Shown here: in pieces, positions 10,198 to 20,184 of the stretch
Layout of the letters: the number at the start of each line of letters is the position of its first letter
Numbering within the stretch: the first letter of the stretch is position 1
Assembly: GCA_964388035.1 (NCBI GenBank)
Contig: CAYLZE010000012.1
Location: 13,567-77,566 of the forward strand
Reading direction: 5' to 3'
Length of the DNA: 64,000 nt
Origin: an uncultured archaeon
GTDB taxonomy: Archaea > Asgardarchaeota > Lokiarchaeia > Sigyniarchaeales > SOKP01
Notes under the pieces: generated by a model
What the model was told of the DNA's origin: nothing
Seen by the model: the letters and a program-made list of their open reading frames with translations, nothing else
The model's database searches: none
Translations under genes and position numbers: made by a program

Positions 10198-10452
10198 TTA
10201 CTTAAATAGATGGGGATATTTCTTTTTTATATTTTCACAAGTTCCCATGAACCTTTCCATTAATTCATTATTATCCCATTCCAAGAAATGATTCATGACA
10301 ATATCAAGGATCAGATTAGCTGATATTCTGTCTTGATCGCTATTTTTCTGAGTATTGCTGCTATAAAGAATATCAATTTCCTCTTCCAGCCACCTTAATT
10401 CATCCTGTAAAAAATTTCTAATAATCTCTTCAAAATTTTCACTAATATTCAT
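10198..10452 (-). CDS. Small helical hypothetical protein
   Basis: 84-aa ORF with protein-like composition in an otherwise intergenic gap. Confidence 0.6.
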   Translation of the reverse strand: MNISENFEEIIRNFLQDELRWLEEEIDILYSSNTQKNSDQDRISANLILDIVMNHFLEWDNNELMERFMGTCENIKKKYPHLFK

Positions 10453-10667
10453 GAATATTCGGAATCCTCTTCAAGTTATATCTAAACTAGCAATGAATCA
10501 TTTATCAAGTTATGATATAATATCACTTCTATAAAAAGGTTGTTTCTCTGGGAATTTTTTGTGATATAAATACGGACAAGAAATACAAATATTTTTCTAA
10601 TTTTAATTTCTTGACTTATTTAATACATGTTTTGAGTAATAAATAACATGTGGGGGACTGATAAATA

Positions 10668-11687
10668 TTGAGTGATAGAGCTCTTTTATTAGGACTATTT
10701 TTCTCCAATGAAGATAATTTAGTATACGAGAATATCAAATACTCTCATGAAATTTCAAAGGAAAATGTGGATCAATTAAAAATATTAAGTTTTAAATTTC
10801 TGGGTCCCGTCTTCTTGGCAGCTGCAGATTTAGAAAAGGAGCAATGGAAGATTGAAGCAATAGAATCCTCATTATCTTTACAAAAAAATACTCAATATGA
10901 CGTTATCCAATCTTTCTTTGGATTAAATTCTGTCATTCAAACAGAAAAAGGAGTCACAAATCTTTTTACATTTATAGGTTCTTCCTATACTGAAGATATA
11001 AAAATGATTCAGGCTGAACTGGAACAGTATATCCATCCAAGTATAATCGAAGATCGCTACATCAATAAAGCTTCTACGAAACAAGTGAAAGATGATTTAA
11101 TAATAAAAAGTGAATTGAATAGAGGAATAAATTTAATTGAATATTCCTTAGGGGCTGCCAGAAAGATGTATTGGGAAGAACAGACAAAATATTCATGTAT
11201 CGGTGTAATTGAAAGATTTTTTACCACCGAAGTTACAAATTCATATCTTTATACGTATGGAAAATCAACTATTGAACCATATTTAGATTCTATCCCTTCT
11301 TTTTATATCATGTCTATTTTGCCCAATTATTACGAGAATTTAATTAATGAAACTCTTAAAGTTTTCGAAAAAAAAGGTATATATTCTAATATTCGGCAAA
11401 TTCGCTTGAGCTCAGGACAGAAAAAAGTGCTTTATTTGGAAGAATATCTCATAATTAATAATCAAAAAAGAAGTTATGGTGCAATTCTAATACCCACAGA
11501 TAGCAAGGAGAAAAATTGTGAAAGTAGCGCCTACTTCAAGAAGAAGTTGAGGGAAGTATTAGATTCTAATAAAGTCTTAGAAGATGTGCTAGCAAGTATA
11601 GATCCCAGATTTGACTTAAAGAAATGGGGTGCAAATTCTGAACAAGAATTGAATGAGATAAAATTTATTTTAGATAAAAAGCAATAA
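10668..11687 (+). CDS. Hypothetical protein (possible tandem longin-like alpha/beta domains)
   Basis: 339-aa ORF, TTG start; fold guess from the alternating beta/alpha pattern only. Confidence 0.6.
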   Translation: MSDRALLLGLFFSNEDNLVYENIKYSHEISKENVDQLKILSFKFLGPVFLAAADLEKEQWKIEAIESSLSLQKNTQYDVIQSFFGLNSVIQTEKGVTNLFTFIGSSYTEDIKMIQAELEQYIHPSIIEDRYINKASTKQVKDDLIIKSELNRGINLIEYSLGAARKMYWEEQTKYSCIGVIERFFTTEVTNSYLYTYGKSTIEPYLDSIPSFYIMSILPNYYENLINETLKVFEKKGIYSNIRQIRLSSGQKKVLYLEEYLIINNQKRSYGAILIPTDSKEKNCESSAYFKKKLREVLDSNKVLEDVLASIDPRFDLKKWGANSEQELNEIKFILDKKQ

Positions 11688-11689
11688 TA

Positions 11690-12745
11690 TTGAAAGTGGA
11701 TTTAATGGAAGGAATAGAAATTGAACAGCAATATAAGATTGATAAGCAAAAATTAAAAGATTATTATGAAAGAGTTAAAAATCAATATTCAAATTTAGAA
11801 AATATAGAGATAATCGCTCGGTTCGTTAATATTCACTCCATCGGTGCCTCTATAAGTCAAATAGTCACTATTCTCCTTTATTACAAAAATAAGTTAAAGG
11901 AAGATAAAGGATTATTAGAACTTTCTTTCGAGTGGATTAGAGCTCAAGAAATTCGCCTTTCATATAAGAAATATCTTGTTAGAGCTGATTATCCTGATAA
12001 TGATTTGCATTTGGCTGTGGATGATTGCATTTTTAGATTCTTTTTAGATTATGATATCTATTTGAGAAATTATTTATTTAATTGTACCTTGAAGGAACAT
12101 GAAATTAGCGCCCTCTATTATTTCTTTTTTAGTTCCTATGAAATCAAACCAGAAGAATTTAGTATTATTTTAGAAAAATACGTTGATTATTCTCCAACGA
12201 TATTTTTGGATGAAAAGCAAATTTCCACCAGAGTCACCACGTTAAGATCAGGCTTATCAAGTATCATTGAAGAAGATTACAAAGCCGTTTTAAGTTCTCG
12301 AAATGAAGCTAGCAGAGCAAAAAAAGAGAAGGAAATCCAAAAATTTGAAGTAACGCCTATTGCTTGTGAATTTAGTGGGTCATTGTTAGAAAGAATTATT
12401 AAATCTTTATGCATTACGAAGCGAAAAATTTCTGAAAATGAAATCGAAAAAGCCGTATCTCAATTTTTAACGGGATATTTCAAGTTTGGCAAATTCTATG
12501 AATTTGAGGAATTTAGAGATTTAATGAAAAATTGTTTTTCAATAACAATCTATGAAGGATTAACGGATAAATATAAAGATAAATTTTCTGATATGGCTTT
12601 GATGGGAGAGATTGACAATCAGTTAATTAAGTTCGGGGAAACCAATACTTCTGATAAATTAGATGGTATTGCGTGGAAAAATGATTTACAACCTTTTTTA
12701 ACCGCTTGGTTAGTCAAGTTTTTAGATAATTTAATAATGGAATAA
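11690..12745 (+). CDS. Hypothetical helical protein
   Basis: 351-aa ORF 2 nt downstream of the previous gene. Confidence 0.65.
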   Translation: MKVDLMEGIEIEQQYKIDKQKLKDYYERVKNQYSNLENIEIIARFVNIHSIGASISQIVTILLYYKNKLKEDKGLLELSFEWIRAQEIRLSYKKYLVRADYPDNDLHLAVDDCIFRFFLDYDIYLRNYLFNCTLKEHEISALYYFFFSSYEIKPEEFSIILEKYVDYSPTIFLDEKQISTRVTTLRSGLSSIIEEDYKAVLSSRNEASRAKKEKEIQKFEVTPIACEFSGSLLERIIKSLCITKRKISENEIEKAVSQFLTGYFKFGKFYEFEEFRDLMKNCFSITIYEGLTDKYKDKFSDMALMGEIDNQLIKFGETNTSDKLDGIAWKNDLQPFLTAWLVKFLDNLIME

Positions 12746-12772
12746 AAGGTTAAAATTATTCTAAAAAGGAAT

Positions 12773-13612
12773 TTATTTTAACCCTTTCTTCTTTTGCCAA
12801 TACAAGCTATAAATATAATATAAACCGAATCCTGCTATTAAAACGATACCTATCACGAGTAAAATGGTATTAAAGAGCGCAGCTTGATTTGCGAACTGTA
12901 CAGGATCTAAATCGCTAATGTTGACGGGTGGTTGGATTCCCAATGAGGCTCCAAGATATGCATAGAAAAAAGCTCGAGGGATCGATCCCAAAAAAGTAGC
13001 AATAGTGTACTTTTTCGGATTCATATCAACTAATCCAGAAGCATAGCTAACGGGATCGAAAGGGATGAAAGGCAAAAAGCGTGCCACTACAATAATTCCG
13101 GAACCATACTTATGGATGAGCTCATCTATCAATAAAAGCGCATTTTGCCCTACAAATTTTTCCGCTATGGGTCTTCCTCCTTTTCTACTAAGAAAAAAAC
13201 AAAATACTCCTGCGGTAACTGAACCAATGATACCCATGATTCCCCCAATAAAAATGCCATATATCATTCCCGTAGCAATCAAGACGACCTCCGAGGGAAT
13301 GGGGGCAATGATTCCCTGCAATGTCATGATTAATAAAAACAAGAAAATGCCAAAAAAACCCAATATATAGATAGGATTTACAATCCATTCCACTACAATC
13401 CTATAAAGAAAAGTCTGGTCAACAAAGAAAATGTAATAGGCAGTGTATACTGATACAACCATTATTGCTACAAAAATGATGATGTAAGCAATTGTTTTTT
13501 TATCATATTGAGAAAAATCAAGGAGATTTCTGAAATAATTTTTAAGTTTATCGGAAAAGCTTTTTCTTTCAAATACCTCATTTTCCTTGTTTTCTTTTGC
13601 TCCATTTTCCAA
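12773..13612 (-). CDS. DedA/TVP38/TMEM64 (VTT domain) membrane protein
   Basis: APIPSE, SRKGGR, ARFLPFIPFDPVSYASG, FLGSIPR motifs; multiple TM segments. Confidence 0.9.
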   Translation of the reverse strand: MENGAKENKENEVFERKSFSDKLKNYFRNLLDFSQYDKKTIAYIIIFVAIMVVSVYTAYYIFFVDQTFLYRIVVEWIVNPIYILGFFGIFLFLLIMTLQGIIAPIPSEVVLIATGMIYGIFIGGIMGIIGSVTAGVFCFFLSRKGGRPIAEKFVGQNALLLIDELIHKYGSGIIVVARFLPFIPFDPVSYASGLVDMNPKKYTIATFLGSIPRAFFYAYLGASLGIQPPVNISDLDPVQFANQAALFNTILLVIGIVLIAGFGLYYIYSLYWQKKKGLK

Positions 13613-13716
13613 AATTTTCTTCCCTTTTCGCAGATTCTTTTAAGTAATATTAGTAATTCAAAATTGTTTAAAAAGTATTTTCTTTAAATATTCTTTTATT
13701 ATAGGTAGATGCTATT

Positions 13717-14457
13717 ATGAAAAAGGATTCTTATGTCTTTGGTCATAGAGGCGCGATGGGGTACATCATTGAAAATACGCTCCCAAGCTTTAAAAAAGCA
13801 GTTGAAATGGGAGCGGATATAGAAACAGATTTGAAGCTATCTAAAGATGGAATTATTTTTTGTTTTCATGATCCTGTTATCAAAATTGGAGCTAAAACAA
13901 TAGGTATAGAAAATTTGACGTTAAAACAAATAACAAAGATTCATTTCAAAGATAATCGGAAAATTCCCACATTAAAAGAAGTTTTTGAAGAATTTCAGAA
14001 TATACCGAAAGAAATTTCCTATAGTTTCGATATCTCAAGCAAAAAAGTGGGAAAGAAAGCGATAGATTTAGCCAAAAAATATTCTGTCGAAAAGAATATC
14101 TTTATTACAGATCAGCGATTAATTGTTCTTTCATTTCTGAGAAAATATGACTCTGAAGTACACCTCGTTCATACGTTATTTCCAACTATAAAAAAACTTG
14201 ATGAAAAACAAGTAAATTTCGAAAAACTTTCAAGACTTATGATTTCGGCAATAAATATTAGAAATAATGAATTTACAAAGCACAATTTTGAATTTATTAT
14301 CAAAAAGGGCTTTAACGTCTTCATATGGGATATTAATTCCCGTTCAAAAATGAAGGAATTTCTTCAATTAGATCATGAGGGTAAGAAAGCAAAGGGATTT
14401 TATACAAATTTTCCCGATATTTTTTTCGAGATCAGGGATGAGGTTTATGGTCAATAA
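13717..14457 (+). CDS. Glycerophosphodiester phosphodiesterase
   Basis: GHRG, ENT, ETD-x-x-LSKDG, HD, IPTLxE, TNFP. Confidence 0.9.
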   Translation: MKKDSYVFGHRGAMGYIIENTLPSFKKAVEMGADIETDLKLSKDGIIFCFHDPVIKIGAKTIGIENLTLKQITKIHFKDNRKIPTLKEVFEEFQNIPKEISYSFDISSKKVGKKAIDLAKKYSVEKNIFITDQRLIVLSFLRKYDSEVHLVHTLFPTIKKLDEKQVNFEKLSRLMISAINIRNNEFTKHNFEFIIKKGFNVFIWDINSRSKMKEFLQLDHEGKKAKGFYTNFPDIFFEIRDEVYGQ

Positions 14458-14542
14458 AGAGACAATACTTTAATTATGAATGAAGTATATATTTTTTAAC
14501 AGAATTTAAAGAAAATTCTAAAGAATTAGTCGTCGTGATATA

Positions 14543-15343
14543 ATGAACCGAAATTTAAAGATCATATTATGGTTTATCTTAATAAGTTGGGTTATATTGG
14601 CTATTCTTTTTGGAATCTTTGACTTGCAAATCTCCATAGCAGTAGTAAATGAATCGTCCGCTTGGGGGATATTTGGGAGGAATTATGGCGAAGCTCCTGG
14701 ATGGGGGTTAATTTTCATCTGTCTTGCAATTCTCATTGGTAATATTAGTCAGAATATAGCAAAACAAAAAATTGGAGGAGGAATCATGCTAATAATCGCA
14801 ATTATCGTACTTATTGTTAGAATAATTGATTATGATTTCAAGAGTGTCATTGATGCTATCGTAATGGTTGCCTCTGTCGCTATATTTACACTCATTACTT
14901 TAAAAAAGGATTGGAGACAATATAGAAAATTTGCAGCAGTAGTAGTGTTATTAGCAATAATAAACGTGTTATTGTTTGTCCAGATAATTAAACTTTTGGT
15001 GGGAAGAGTTCGATTTTATGATTTACTCCCTGATTATTCCAATTACACGCCATGGTATGTGCCTGTTGGCATTACAGGAAATCAATCATTTCCCTCTGGT
15101 CATGCAAGCATGGCTGCAATGATTTTACCCTGTTTAATCTTATTAAGAAAAAGAGAATGGAAGGATCCTTGGAGGATTATTGGAACGATAGTAATTATAG
15201 GGTGGGTTTTTTTTGTGGCGGCTTCAAGAGTTGTCATTGGAGCGCATTACGCTTCTGATGTACTCTTTTCAAGTGAATTCGGTGCCTTAATTACCTTGCT
15301 ACTCTATAATCATTTCTATCTAAAAAAATCCGATACTAGTTAG
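14543..15343 (+). CDS. PAP2-family membrane phosphatase
   Basis: K-x4-R-x-R, SFPSGH, SRVVIGAHYASD. Confidence 0.9.
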   Translation: MNRNLKIILWFILISWVILAILFGIFDLQISIAVVNESSAWGIFGRNYGEAPGWGLIFICLAILIGNISQNIAKQKIGGGIMLIIAIIVLIVRIIDYDFKSVIDAIVMVASVAIFTLITLKKDWRQYRKFAAVVVLLAIINVLLFVQIIKLLVGRVRFYDLLPDYSNYTPWYVPVGITGNQSFPSGHASMAAMILPCLILLRKREWKDPWRIIGTIVIIGWVFFVAASRVVIGAHYASDVLFSSEFGALITLLLYNHFYLKKSDTS

Positions 15344-15593
15344 TTCTTATAAGAGGTTCTTGAAGGTTAAAGAAAAAACTATTTTACCCTATTTTTTTAT
15401 ATTTTAAATATTCGATGTCCCGAAATGAGTATATATAAAATATATTATTGCATCATTTTTCTTCCTAACGGATGGTATTATTTCCTTTAAAGTGAAAACA
15501 AGTCCCTTTTATTTAAAATCATAATAATTAAATGTGGGTCTCGATTATTAAAGAAAGTGAAATATTATATTATTCTTATAAGGTGAATCGTTC

Positions 15594-16256
15594 TTGAAAG
15601 AAATTGTTAAAAACGTGTATTATTTGGGCAATGCAGGGTGTGAAGTGTACCTAATTAACTCCAATAGCTCGGATGGGTTAATTTTAATCGATTGCGGGAT
15701 GGATTTAAATTTAATAACAAAGATTGAAAAATCAGGATTGGACCCCCAAGAAATAAAACACTGTATAATAACTCATTTTCATATTGATCATATAGGAGCT
15801 TGCCATGATTTGGAAGAATTCAATGAAAAGGTTAAGTTTTATGCTCACGAGTTAGACTCCAAGCCTATTGAGGAGGAGGGGCATGATAGGCAAACCGCAG
15901 CGAGTTGGTATGGAGTTTCGTACAAGCCTATTAAATTGTTTAGAAAATTTAAAAAAGATATAGAAATTCTATCTTTTGGAAATTATAATTTACAATGTAT
16001 TCATACTCCCGGACATACTCCCGGATCAATTTCCATTTTGCTAGATGCTGAAGGAAAAAAGATTCTCTTCGGTCAAGATATTCACGGGCCTTTCATGCGA
16101 GAATTTGGCTCAGATCTAAAACAATATCAAAAATCCATGCAAAAACTATTGGATTTAGAGCCAGACATCCTTTGTGAGGGTCATTTTGGAATTATTCAAC
16201 CAGCAGATCACGTTAAAAATTATATCTTGGACTACATGCGCGAGAATAAACCTTGA
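15594..16256 (+). CDS. Metallo-beta-lactamase-fold hydrolase
   Basis: THFHIDH, TPGHTPGS, GQD, EGH. Confidence 0.9.
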   Translation: MKEIVKNVYYLGNAGCEVYLINSNSSDGLILIDCGMDLNLITKIEKSGLDPQEIKHCIITHFHIDHIGACHDLEEFNEKVKFYAHELDSKPIEEEGHDRQTAASWYGVSYKPIKLFRKFKKDIEILSFGNYNLQCIHTPGHTPGSISILLDAEGKKILFGQDIHGPFMREFGSDLKQYQKSMQKLLDLEPDILCEGHFGIIQPADHVKNYILDYMRENKP

Positions 16257-16530
16257 AAATATAAAATCACGCGTTTAATCCTCTATTCTTTTTAATTTTT
16301 AAAATAAATCTAGTTTATTTAAAGCGGCTCATTCTATAACGAAAATTGAAAAGTATAAGACGAATTTTTTCCCATTTTTGGGTTCACTTCCTTATTGAGG
16401 TTCCTTATTTCACTAAATTATTCTGTATTGTTTTCATATCTTTTGATCTTTTGATATCTCAAAAACAAAGGTTTTTTCTTATTAATTTCAAATACTCTAA
16501 TTAATATAAATGAACTAAACATGACTAAGA

Positions 16531-18024
16531 ATGAGTCTGATAGAAAATTCAAATGTTCGCGATTTTTGGCGTTACTTTGATAAAATTTGTGCAATTCCAA
16601 GATGTTCCCAACATGAAGAAAAAATAAGAGAATTTGTAGAAGACGAAGCTAATCGACTCGGGTACAAGTCTTTTTCCGATGATGCGGGTAATTTAGTTGT
16701 TATTATTGAACAAGATGCGGATTCCGATAATAAAGACATTGTCTTACAATGTCATCTCGATATGGTCTGCCAAAAAAACGAGGGAACCGAGCATGATTTT
16801 TCAAAAGACCCAATAAAAACCAAAATTGTTGAAAGAGATGGAATTACATGGTTAATGGCCGAGGACACCACACTTGGAGCAGATAATGGGGTGGGAATTG
16901 CATACTTATTAACTATAATGAAACGATTTCAATTGGGGCAAGTACCTTTTAATGGCAAAAAATTATTCTTGTTATTTACCGTACAAGAAGAATTGGGACT
17001 TATTGGTGCGGTTAATTTAGATAAATCGTTAATAAAAGGAAATTATTTGATTAATTTAGATGGAGAATCTGATACACTCATAAATGGATGTGCTGGAGGA
17101 ATTACTACGGAAGGAAGAATTCCTTTTACCTTTGAAAAAGTACAAGATCAACTTAAGGAACCATGGGCAATAAAATTCTCTATTTCTGGGTTAAGGGGAG
17201 GACATTCGGGTGTAGATATAAATAAAGATAGGGTTAATTCCATCAAATTAATGAGTAAATTTCTATGGAAAATTAACGATCGTTTTTCAATGAGCTTAAC
17301 AGTTATAAAAGGAGGAACCGCCAAAAATGCAATTCCAAGGGAGTCCTATGCAATTTTCTGGGTTGAAAGTAAAGATTTTAAAGATTCTATTGATTTTATT
17401 AAAGAAATCATATCTGAAACAAAATTGGGAATTGGAAAACTTGAACCAGAATTGCATTTTAACATTGAAGAGTTAGAAAAGAGTAATAATCACAACGTAT
17501 TGCCACTCAAGATTAAGGATAAGTTAATTCACATGTTATATGTTTTTCCTCACGGTCCAATTTCCATGCATCCAACAATAAAGAATCTGGTCTATACTTC
17601 CACTAATTTGGCCTCAATCGACTTTCATGAAAACGAGATCATCATCGCAACGTCTCAACGGAGTTTTCATGAAATTTCCAAGAAAATGATATATCAACAA
17701 GTTGAGGCTCTATTTAAATTAGCAGACCTTAATGTTAAAATCACTCATATGGGTGATTATCCTGGATGGGAACCTGATTTCGATGCAGAATTGCTAAAGA
17801 TCAGCAAAAGGACTTATAAGTCTCTGTTTAAGAAAATTTCCATCGTTCAAGCCATTCACGCGGGCTTAGAGTGCGGAATTTTAAAAAAACATTTCCCAGA
17901 AATGGATATGATTTCATTTGGAGCAGAAACTAAGGATAATCATTCTCCTGATGAGAGATTGAACATTCTTAGTGTGGAAAAAACCTATGATTTTTTAATT
18001 CAATTATTAAAGAATATTAAGTGA
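16531..18024 (+). CDS. pepD: Aminoacyl-histidine dipeptidase (M20C), copy 1
   Basis: IPRCS, QCHLDMV, LGADNG, EE, GGHSG, NAIPRE, IHAGLECG, HSPDE. Confidence 0.92.
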   Translation: MSLIENSNVRDFWRYFDKICAIPRCSQHEEKIREFVEDEANRLGYKSFSDDAGNLVVIIEQDADSDNKDIVLQCHLDMVCQKNEGTEHDFSKDPIKTKIVERDGITWLMAEDTTLGADNGVGIAYLLTIMKRFQLGQVPFNGKKLFLLFTVQEELGLIGAVNLDKSLIKGNYLINLDGESDTLINGCAGGITTEGRIPFTFEKVQDQLKEPWAIKFSISGLRGGHSGVDINKDRVNSIKLMSKFLWKINDRFSMSLTVIKGGTAKNAIPRESYAIFWVESKDFKDSIDFIKEIISETKLGIGKLEPELHFNIEELEKSNNHNVLPLKIKDKLIHMLYVFPHGPISMHPTIKNLVYTSTNLASIDFHENEIIIATSQRSFHEISKKMIYQQVEALFKLADLNVKITHMGDYPGWEPDFDAELLKISKRTYKSLFKKISIVQAIHAGLECGILKKHFPEMDMISFGAETKDNHSPDERLNILSVEKTYDFLIQLLKNIK

Positions 18025-18028
18025 AAAG

Positions 18029-19525
18029 ATGTTTGAAATAGAGAAAGTTGGGAAACCTAAGGAATTTTGGTTTTATTTTGGAGAAATATCCAAAATTCCC
18101 AGGTGTTCGGGTAATGAAGAACGAGTTAGGACTTATGTTAAGAATGAAGCGCAATCCATGGGATATAAAACGAAAATTGATAAGGTTGGCAATTTATTGG
18201 TTAGTATCAACCCAAATTCCAGTAAAAGACCAATAATTTTACAGTCACACTTGGATATGGTTTGTACCAAAAATGATGGTGTGATCCATGATTTTACGAA
18301 AGATCCTATTAAATTGAAATTGATTAAGATAGATGGGAAAGAATATCTTACCGCTGAAGGAACTACAATGGGAGCCGATAATGGCGTAGGCATAGCTTTC
18401 CAACTATTCTTAATGAAATTGATTTCAGAAGGGAGAGAATATTTTAATGATACTCCTATAGATTTGCTTTTTACGGTAGACGAGGAAGGTTCAATGTTTG
18501 GAGCATTTCAAATTGATAAAACAATGGTAAATGGCGATTATTTAATCAATTTAGATGGATTCAACGAATCCTCCGTAATAATTGGTAATGTAGGAGGTTC
18601 CCCAATCAACATATCAATGAAAATTAAGCCTTTCGAGATGGGAGAACAAAAGGTCAATTTTAAATCAATAAAGATCAGCATTACCGGGTTGGTAGGAGGC
18701 CATTCCGCCTTGGATATTGATAAGGGTAGATATAATGCGATTAAATTAATGGGTAAGCTCCTTAGAACTTTACAAGAAAAAAAAGCGATTTATTTGATTT
18801 CCATTGATGGAGGGGATAAGATGAATGCTATCCCTCGTGAATCCATTTCACGACTTTTTGTTGAGGAAGAAGATTATTTAGAAATAAAGCAAATAATGCA
18901 GGAGCAATTGGAATTATATAAAAGAGAATCCAAAGGAATTGAAAGTAATCTCTGTATTGATATAGAAGATATCGCTGAAGATAATTTGAAGCCAATATCT
19001 AAAGTGGATCAACAAAAATTAATTTCATTCCTCTGTGAAGTGGTCAATGGGCCGATAAGTTTACATCCTGATTTTGAAAATCTGGTTTATTCATCTTCCA
19101 ATTTCTCTTCAATTAATACAAAATCTAACACGATAAAGATGCTCTTCATGCCAAGAAGTTTTGAAATCGGGGAAAATGAAAAGGTTTCAATGAAAATGAA
19201 ACAATTATTGGATACTTTAAAAGTTAAATGCTCCCTAAATTTTTATGCGGGATATGGTGCTTGGATTCCCGACATGGATTCTGAATTATTGAAAATAACT
19301 AAGGAAACATATAAGAAATTATATAATGAGGAGATTAAAGTTAATGCTATTCATGCAACCTTAGAAACCGGAATATTCCGAAAGATTTTTCCCGAACTCC
19401 AAATGATTTCATACGGCCCAAATGGTTATGACGCACATTCACCAGATGAGCGTTTAGAAATTCAAAGTATTGAGAAAGCCTGCGAATTTCTCATTCAATT
19501 AATCAAGAATTTAAGTATTTTATAA
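18029..19525 (+). CDS. pepD: Aminoacyl-histidine dipeptidase (M20C), copy 2
   Basis: IPRCS, QSHLDMV, GADNG, DEE, GGHSA, NAIPRE, IHATLETG, HSPDE. Confidence 0.9.
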   Translation: MFEIEKVGKPKEFWFYFGEISKIPRCSGNEERVRTYVKNEAQSMGYKTKIDKVGNLLVSINPNSSKRPIILQSHLDMVCTKNDGVIHDFTKDPIKLKLIKIDGKEYLTAEGTTMGADNGVGIAFQLFLMKLISEGREYFNDTPIDLLFTVDEEGSMFGAFQIDKTMVNGDYLINLDGFNESSVIIGNVGGSPINISMKIKPFEMGEQKVNFKSIKISITGLVGGHSALDIDKGRYNAIKLMGKLLRTLQEKKAIYLISIDGGDKMNAIPRESISRLFVEEEDYLEIKQIMQEQLELYKRESKGIESNLCIDIEDIAEDNLKPISKVDQQKLISFLCEVVNGPISLHPDFENLVYSSSNFSSINTKSNTIKMLFMPRSFEIGENEKVSMKMKQLLDTLKVKCSLNFYAGYGAWIPDMDSELLKITKETYKKLYNEEIKVNAIHATLETGIFRKIFPELQMISYGPNGYDAHSPDERLEIQSIEKACEFLIQLIKNLSIL

Positions 19526-19586
19526 AAAATAGAGTATTTATCATTACTTGATTCAAAAAGTAAGTTAACTTCTTTTTTCTATCTAA

Positions 19587-20141
19587 TTATTTAAATGGCT
19601 CGGGATGTTCTTTTAGATAATCTTCCAAGAGAGGAGCATTTTTATCCCTATTAGATATTATCGGTTCATTTATCTTCCAATCAATTCCTAAGGAAGGGTC
19701 ATTCCAGAATACTTCTTTTTCGCGTTTCGGATTGTAATAGTCGGATACTTTGTATTGAACTTCTGCCATTTCTGAAAGCACGGAATAGCCATGCGCGTAT
19801 CCCACCGGGATAAGAACTTGCAAGAAATTAGAATCCGATAATAAAATCCCATGCCACTTTTTAAAATGAGGAGAATTGGGTCGAATGTCCACCATTACAT
19901 CCCAAATACTTCCTTGAGTACAACGTACGAGCTTAACTTGCCCGGGATTGAGAGCAAAATGCAGCCCTCTTACGGTATTAATTTTTGATTTTGCGTGATT
20001 ATCTTGGAGGAAAGTATGATCTATACCAAAACTTTTATATTTTTGATAAGAATAAGATTCGAGAAAAAAGCCTCGGCCATCTTTATATACATCTGGTTCA
20101 ATAACAAAGACATCGGGGAAAATCGTAGGTATTTTTTTCAT
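19587..20141 (-). CDS. rmlC: dTDP-4-dehydrorhamnose 3,5-epimerase
   Basis: DGRGFFLE, QDNH, VRGLH, DIRPNSP, GYAHG, WNDP, SNRD. Confidence 0.95.
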   Translation of the reverse strand: MKKIPTIFPDVFVIEPDVYKDGRGFFLESYSYQKYKSFGIDHTFLQDNHAKSKINTVRGLHFALNPGQVKLVRCTQGSIWDVMVDIRPNSPHFKKWHGILLSDSNFLQVLIPVGYAHGYSVLSEMAEVQYKVSDYYNPKREKEVFWNDPSLGIDWKINEPIISNRDKNAPLLEDYLKEHPEPFK

Positions 20142-20184
20142 GATAATTTGTTAATTTAAAATTTGATATTGTTTAAAATTAAAA

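Noticed and set aside
10444-10459. 16-bp perfect palindrome aatattcatgaatatt over the start codon of 10198..10452
   Set aside because: Almost all A/T in an AT-rich genome; chance occurrence is plausible and no second full copy was seen
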